A stretch of 64,000 bases of DNA from an uncultured Gammaproteobacteria bacterium (GTDB lineage: Bacteria; Patescibacteriota; Microgenomatia; Levybacterales; GWA1-39-11), in the NCBI GenBank assembly GCA_964651815.1, contig CAZYWG010000008.1, positions 4,824-68,823 of the forward strand. Direction: 5' to 3'. Under the pieces are notes generated by a model. It had not been told where the DNA came from. It made no database searches and saw nothing but the letters and a program-made list of their open reading frames with translations. Positions 58,876 to 64,000 of this stretch are shown one piece after another. Position 1 is the first letter of the stretch. Every line of letters starts with the position of its first letter. Position numbers and translations under genes: made by a program.

Positions 58876-58951
58876 ATTTTTATTCTTAATTCATTCTAAA
58901 CTGATTCTTTCGTATTTAAAGATAGAGAAATGTATACGAACAAGTGATACA

Positions 58952-59842
58952 ATGAGGAAAATTAATATTAAGATGAGTATCTTCTACCCGCTAGAAAAAA
59001 CTATTGGAGGTTTTTGTAATCCTTGTTCGCTTAGAATAATTCCAAAATTAGATATAACTATATCAGATCTTAAACCTATGGAAGTAGTTATTAGTAAGGA
59101 CTACCAAATGCGTGAGACTCTAGTTGGAAAACCCTTGAGTACGGGTAAAACGAGGTATGAAGGAAAATTGTATCTACAAATTCTTAAATTGAAAATTTCT
59201 AAAGATTTTTCAAAGGACATATCGAGTAAAGAAAAGGGGGAAATTATCGATTTTGTTAGCAATTATGGTAGACCGTATGGAATTGAAGAAGCATCAGCAC
59301 ATATGAGATCTGATCCCAATATATCTTACTTTGGGAATGGTGACAAAATAAATTGGGTATTTATGAATTTCATTAGTGCACCACAAGATCATCATCGAGT
59401 TAGCTATTTCTACGAATTTAGAGCCATGTATGTGGATTTTCTTGATATATACGAAATTATAAAATCTGGCAATTTACATCGAATAGATCAATATAAAGAT
59501 TCAACAAATTTTGAAAAGTATAGGGGAGTATTCAATAATGCTCTTTCGGAAAGTCAACTATATTTACAATCCATGGATGAAGTTTATAAGACTACGTGGA
59601 TTAGTAAGTCCTGCATAAGTCAATGCTATTTAGAATTATACGATTTAATTATGACAAACCAAAAGATTAAAGTATGCAAATATTGTGGGAGTGATTTTGA
59701 AAGTTCTAAAAGTAATGAAGTAAGATGTAATAATTGCAGACAGAAATTTATTTATAGAAAGATGTATTACCAAAAGAATATACAGACAGAAAGGGAGAAG
59801 GCTAAATCAAGAATGGCAAAAAAGAGATTATTGTCCTCATAA
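58952..59842 (+). CDS. Hypothetical protein with a C-terminal zinc finger (CGNR/DUF6076-like)
   Basis: IKVCKYCG..F......VRCNNC followed by a basic tail; divergent from the small-gene operon. Confidence 0.75.
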   Translation: MRKINIKMSIFYPLEKTIGGFCNPCSLRIIPKLDITISDLKPMEVVISKDYQMRETLVGKPLSTGKTRYEGKLYLQILKLKISKDFSKDISSKEKGEIIDFVSNYGRPYGIEEASAHMRSDPNISYFGNGDKINWVFMNFISAPQDHHRVSYFYEFRAMYVDFLDIYEIIKSGNLHRIDQYKDSTNFEKYRGVFNNALSESQLYLQSMDEVYKTTWISKSCISQCYLELYDLIMTNQKIKVCKYCGSDFESSKSNEVRCNNCRQKFIYRKMYYQKNIQTEREKAKSRMAKKRLLSS

Positions 59843-60064
59843 GGGCAAAAGGTCTGAAGCCTTTACTATTAAGGACTTTGAAATTTTGTATAAAGCACGA
59901 ATTGTCGGATTTCTCTTACCAAGCTCTATCAAACCTATGTATGTACGATACAATGATAGTGTACTTGCTAATTCTTCTTGTGTTATACCTTTTGCTTGAC
60001 GAACTTTCTGCATTTTTCTTCCGTAATTCCCCAAGATATGTTTGTGACTTATTGGTTTACCCAT
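59837..60064 (-). CDS. XRE family HTH regulator
   Basis: VRQAKGITQEELA..LSLYRTYIGLIELGKRNPT; likely start MGKP. Confidence 0.88.
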   Translation of the reverse strand: MGKPISHKHILGNYGRKMQKVRQAKGITQEELASTLSLYRTYIGLIELGKRNPTIRALYKISKSLIVKASDLLPL

Positions 60065-60177
60065 TGCTCCTATTTTAGATACTGTTAGTATCGATCTCGA
60101 CAGACTCCTTGTCATCTTGCGATTAAAGGAATAATATTAAGTAGGTTAAGGTATTTATTCTTACTTTAAAGATTAAA

Positions 60178-60480
60178 ATGAGTATTAAGTGGCTGTGTGT
60201 AGCCTCAGGATTTATTCTTTTTCTGGCGATTATTCCAACGTGGCCATACGGTTATTACATTTTCCTTCGCTGGTCAATATTTATTTCCTCACTAATTGTT
60301 GCTTACAGTTTTAATATTTTTAAAAAAACAGGTTTGGTTCTAGTTTTTGGAGCTGTTGCTTATCTTTTTAATCCCATAATACCAGTTTATCTTACTCGTC
60401 AAATGTGGACACCAATAGACTTCTTGTCGGCTATCATATTCTTTGTAGGATCTGAAGCTGTAAAGGAAAATAAACAATGA
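60178..60480 (+). CDS. DUF6804-like small membrane protein
   Basis: WPYGYY.FLRW...LFNPIIPVYL.R..W.PID. Confidence 0.8.
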   Translation: MSIKWLCVASGFILFLAIIPTWPYGYYIFLRWSIFISSLIVAYSFNIFKKTGLVLVFGAVAYLFNPIIPVYLTRQMWTPIDFLSAIIFFVGSEAVKENKQ

Positions 60481-61757
60481 AATTTATAAATGGATTATTT
60501 TCGGGAGCCTTAGGAATAATATGGATTGCTGGAATGCTTACTATTTCTACACTAATTCTCATTTTTGGAGTTCGAATAGCCTTAACAATTAATCCTTTTT
60601 TAAATGTTGCAACTTCTATTTTTACTAGTATTTGCATACTCATATTACTACCCTTAGCAATTTTTAAAAAAACTAGAATTGTATCTATTTATGGTCTGCT
60701 TATTGCTTCGTTTGTATTTGGCGCAAACCTATGGTTATTTTCATTTCTTACAACTTATTTCTATTGGGGATTTTTTGGTGTTGTTCTTGGACTTATCATC
60801 ATAGGTGTAGGCGTAATTCCATTTGCACTAATCGCTTCTTTATTCCATTCAGATTGGTCAAGTATACTAAATATTTTTTATCTTTTAATCATAACCTATG
60901 GAGGAAGAACATTAAGTTTTTACTGGGCGAAAAAACTTGACGAACAAAACTTAAGAAAAATATCCGAAGAAACGGTCGGAATAAACAATATTGGCAATAA
61001 CAACATCGAGGTTGATCCTTTAATTGAACAGGCTATTGATTTACTCAAAAGCAATGATGAAGTTTCGGCATCTCTCTTTCAAGTAAGGCTCGCAATAATC
61101 TTTGAACGAGCAGATCATATTCTAAATACATTTGTTAATTACAATATCATTTCTCCCTCAGAAAATAGAAAACCCAACAAAGTATTATTTACCAACCGCG
61201 ATCAATTCGAAAAAGCGAAAGAATACTTTAGAAGTTTTCCGAAATTAGATCCGCGTAGATTCACAAATGAACTTGATGTAATACCGACTCCAAATACAGA
61301 CGATGAGATTTATCCGGAGGTGGTAAAATTTGTACAAACTCTTAAAGAAGTTAACTCCTCTACTCTGCAACAGCATTTTGATATTGGCTTTAATCGTGCT
61401 GCTAGATTTTTAGAGAAAATGGAAAATGAAGAAATCTTAGAAAGTCCTATTGGCAACCAACCACAAAAAGTTCTTACTTCTTGGATGACAACAGACACGA
61501 AATTAAACTCACAAGGATTAATGATAGTGGAATGTCTTAAGGCATTTGGTATACAAACCCGTATAGATGAAGTTAATATTAAAAAGAATAGCATCGAGTA
61601 TTGCCTAGATGTAGCACTTGGTTCACCAATGGAAGAGATTGTTAAACGTGAAAGGGATATTGCAGCAATAGTTGAATCGCCAACTGGTAAAGTGGAAATT
61701 CAAGCTCCAATACCCGGGAAATCTCAAGTTGGAATAACTGTCCCAATTAAATATTGA
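60477..61757 (+). CDS. Membrane protein with two FtsK-gamma-like domains and a C-terminal FtsK-alpha-like domain, no ATPase
   Basis: DPLIEQAI...SASLFQVRLAI..ERA; DEIYPEVV.FV...SSTLQQHFDIGFNRAARFLE.ME; L.AFGI...IQAPIPGKS.VGI.VP. Confidence 0.82.
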   Translation: MKFINGLFSGALGIIWIAGMLTISTLILIFGVRIALTINPFLNVATSIFTSICILILLPLAIFKKTRIVSIYGLLIASFVFGANLWLFSFLTTYFYWGFFGVVLGLIIIGVGVIPFALIASLFHSDWSSILNIFYLLIITYGGRTLSFYWAKKLDEQNLRKISEETVGINNIGNNNIEVDPLIEQAIDLLKSNDEVSASLFQVRLAIIFERADHILNTFVNYNIISPSENRKPNKVLFTNRDQFEKAKEYFRSFPKLDPRRFTNELDVIPTPNTDDEIYPEVVKFVQTLKEVNSSTLQQHFDIGFNRAARFLEKMENEEILESPIGNQPQKVLTSWMTTDTKLNSQGLMIVECLKAFGIQTRIDEVNIKKNSIEYCLDVALGSPMEEIVKRERDIAAIVESPTGKVEIQAPIPGKSQVGITVPIKY

Positions 61758-62101
61758 CCATGCAACAACAAGGAGAAAAATATTCTAGTAAACAGGCTAA
61801 AATGCTTTATGACGCCCTTTGTGCAAAGGGAATTGCTTCAGAATTAGAATATTCTGATGGACATAAAACTGTTGACATTGCAATATTAAATCCTCGAATA
61901 TACATAGAAGTTGACGGCATTCAACATTTTACAAACCCAGAACAAATAATTAGAGATTTCAAGAGATATCATTTTTCAGACGGTGATGATTTTAGTACTT
62001 TCTATGTTACGAACCAAATTATAGATTTGTATTTAGACGAAGTTGTTAATGCACTAGTAAAGGTCATTGAAATGAAAACTTCAGGAATGAATAGACAATG
62101 A
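61754..62101 (+). CDS. DUF559/Vsr-like endonuclease
   Basis: VDIAI....IYIEVDG.QH.......RD.KR. Confidence 0.8.
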   Translation: MTMQQQGEKYSSKQAKMLYDALCAKGIASELEYSDGHKTVDIAILNPRIYIEVDGIQHFTNPEQIIRDFKRYHFSDGDDFSTFYVTNQIIDLYLDEVVNALVKVIEMKTSGMNRQ

Positions 62102-62153
62102 AAATACCGCAAAATAAACAAGTATTACAGGCACTTGGAAAATGGGTGGATAA

Positions 62154-62684
62154 ATGAAGAAAATTATCGGAGCTATTATAACCTTGGTCATCGGGGGAAC
62201 CGTATATACGTTCAGTCAAGCTGATTTAGTTAAGAATTTTTCAAAAGATACTGGGCTTTCACAACAAGAAGCTCAACAATATGTAAATGGAATAAAAAAG
62301 GAAGATCTGCAATCATTCGATAAAATAGGCTCAGAGTTTATATCTCAAGGTCAACAAATAGAACAGCTGACAAACAAGATTGATTGTGCTAATTACACAT
62401 ATAAATGGGTATCTGACAATTTGAGTTGTGAAGAAGGGAAAAATGAACTCAATACGATCGGGAATAATGAGATAGATTTAGGAAATGCATACAAGATTTT
62501 AGACACTGATAAAGCTACAAAGAATGATATGTCCTCCGCAATAAAAGATATAGATACGTTAAACTCCGATTTTGAGCTAGGTATAGCTACTGCTTTATTA
62601 GACCAGAAAATTATAGAAGATACAAAGAAAACGAACTCATACAACAAAGCTTTGCTTGAATCTGCATTAAATAGTAAGAACTAA
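62154..62684 (+). CDS. Exported hypothetical protein
   Basis: N-terminal signal/TM segment; 2 Cys. Confidence 0.75.
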   Translation: MKKIIGAIITLVIGGTVYTFSQADLVKNFSKDTGLSQQEAQQYVNGIKKEDLQSFDKIGSEFISQGQQIEQLTNKIDCANYTYKWVSDNLSCEEGKNELNTIGNNEIDLGNAYKILDTDKATKNDMSSAIKDIDTLNSDFELGIATALLDQKIIEDTKKTNSYNKALLESALNSKN

Positions 62685-62697
62685 AAAGTTTTTTAAT

Positions 62698-63351
62698 TTA
62701 ACGAGTAGTAGTGTTTGTTATTGCATTCTTGACCGGACTTAATAATTTCTTTTGATAAATATCCATATCATACGGAAACTCGTTTTCATATAACTTGTTA
62801 AGTGCTCTTTGTTTTCTTGTGAGTTTACCAGCATAGGTTTTTCTTCTTATTTTCTGCCTCAGCTCATCTGCTTTTTTACGGTTAGTTAAAACGTAAAATA
62901 ATGCATAATCCTTATACCTTCTATTTTCGTTTCTTGAGCTATAACTTAGATTATAACAATGCCTACAAGCAAAATAATTTCCACCTTTGTATAATACCGC
63001 AACCCTTCGCCCACAGTATTTTCCGTTTGCCCATAGATTACAAAGAAACCACCATCTCTTTCCTCCAAAAAAACAATTTGTGGAAGTTAAGGGCAATTTG
63101 TAATTGTACTTAGTCTCTTCATTAGTATCCCGATCTGTTACCTTATAATCCAGTTCAATATACTGTTTTGCTTCTAACAAACTGACTATGATGATTATAT
63201 TGCTTTCTTGTCCGGTCCAACTATTATACCACCTAATTCCACCAGATTTCCAACACCCTTTATCGAGGTAACCATTCTTTTTTAGCCACCAGGTTTGTAT
63301 TTTAAGTAGCGAATCTGCCTCCTGCTTAGATGAATAGTAATATCTGCCCAT
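62698..63351 (-). CDS. Mobile-element-associated zinc-binding hypothetical protein
   Basis: GGKRWWFLC...CGRRVAVLY....FACRHCYNLSY.S; likely start MGRYY. Confidence 0.8.
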   Translation of the reverse strand: MGRYYYSSKQEADSLLKIQTWWLKKNGYLDKGCWKSGGIRWYNSWTGQESNIIIIVSLLEAKQYIELDYKVTDRDTNEETKYNYKLPLTSTNCFFGGKRWWFLCNLWANGKYCGRRVAVLYKGGNYFACRHCYNLSYSSRNENRRYKDYALFYVLTNRKKADELRQKIRRKTYAGKLTRKQRALNKLYENEFPYDMDIYQKKLLSPVKNAITNTTTR

Positions 63352-63396
63352 AATTGCCGAAATCAATAGAGATTATGTGAGAAATAGCCTCACAGA

Positions 63397-64000
63397 TTAT
63401 TTAATTAAAACTTGTAAGCTCAAGCTGCCATCTCGTTCAAGAAGAGTTAGATTAAATCGTGAATCATCAGCCAAATGAAAGTTTTGAAGCATTTCCTTTA
63501 ATTCCCTTAATATTTCTTTTGGATCGACGTTTTTACGTACCATAGGATGCCTCATAGCTGCCCTTTCTAACGTTTTATCTGCCAAGTGCATATATGTTGA
63601 ATAAGTTGTTTGAATATCTTTGTGTCCAACAAGTGTTGCAACTTCTGTTATTGGAACTCCTGCCTCAAGCATATGCGTAATATAGCTATGTCTGAAGTTA
63701 TGAGGGAATGTTCTTTTCACAACTCCAGCTGCAACAGCTCGTCTTTTTAGGTCTGTGCTAAAGTCAGTCACTTGAACTGTCGTTTCCATAATATTTCTAA
63801 AAACTCTATCATTTGGTTTTCTATTTTTTGTTAGCTCAACTAATTTAGTTTTAAGTGGTTCAGTAAAATAAGCCGTTCGATTCTCATTTGTTTTAGTGTT
63901 CACAAAAGTTGCTCTACCAGCACTAATATCAACGTGTTCTGTGGTTAATTCAGCTGCTTCAGAGTATCTACATCCAGTGTATGCGAGGAACATGGTCATT
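63397..64000 (-). CDS. Tyrosine recombinase/integrase (5' end outside the window)
   Basis: TGCRYSE, TK, HNFRHS and LVGH..IQTTY..Y catalytic motifs. Confidence 0.95.
   Translation of the reverse strand, partial: MTMFLAYTGCRYSEAAELTTEHVDISAGRATFVNTKTNENRTAYFTEPLKTKLVELTKNRKPNDRVFRNIMETTVQVTDFSTDLKRRAVAAGVVKRTFPHNFRHSYITHMLEAGVPITEVATLVGHKDIQTTYSTYMHLADKTLERAAMRHPMVRKNVDPKEILRELKEMLQNFHLADDSRFNLTLLERDGSLSLQVLIK

Larger units (their letters stand above)
56857..64000. mobile_element. Low-GC, partly decayed integrative element / genomic island (extends beyond the window)
   Basis: Tyrosine recombinase, XRE HTH, SpoVG-like, DUF5659-like, DUF559-like and Zn-finger genes, gene remnants and AT enrichment. 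Left boundary uncertain; it may start near 51.1 kb. Confidence 0.65.

Noticed and set aside
58909-58940. Inverted repeat TTCGTAT-N18-ATACGAA between divergent element genes
   Set aside because: Plausible operator, but a 7-bp AT-rich match is not distinguishable from chance without homologues.

Overview
AT-rich bacterial chromosome segment with the hallmarks of a Patescibacteria (CPR, Microgenomates-like) genome: mostly leaderless genes, archaeal-type PEP carboxylase, GlyQS-type glycine-tRNA ligase and many orphan ORFs. The taxonomy is inferred from gene content. The core is a minus-strand dcw cluster (mraZ-rsmH-ftsL-ftsI // murC-murA-glmU-like-murF-like-mraY-ftsW-murG-ftsQ-ftsA // ftsZ) broken by two insertions. 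From about 51 kb the window is accessory: a DUF433/PIN toxin-antitoxin pair, an SRAP + small protein + Y-family polymerase cassette, a 730-aa protein with 39-aa tandem repeats, and a low-GC decayed integrative element running into a tyrosine recombinase at the window edge. Highlights: (1) a complete type III hammerhead ribozyme with a swapped U15.1-A16.1 core pair (9078-9148) ending a GC-rich secreted-protein transcript with long structured 5' and 3' UTRs, an architecture that recurs without the ribozyme at 31.2-32.7 kb; (2) an unfamiliar 39-aa helical repeat protein with hypervariable di-residues reminiscent of TALE/PUF/PPR codes; (3) a stand-alone ~130-nt sRNA candidate; (4) a motor-less membrane-anchored FtsK gamma-gamma-alpha protein near a tyrosine recombinase. 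No tRNA, rRNA or CRISPR array was seen. All structures and family assignments were made by eye; no searches were run.
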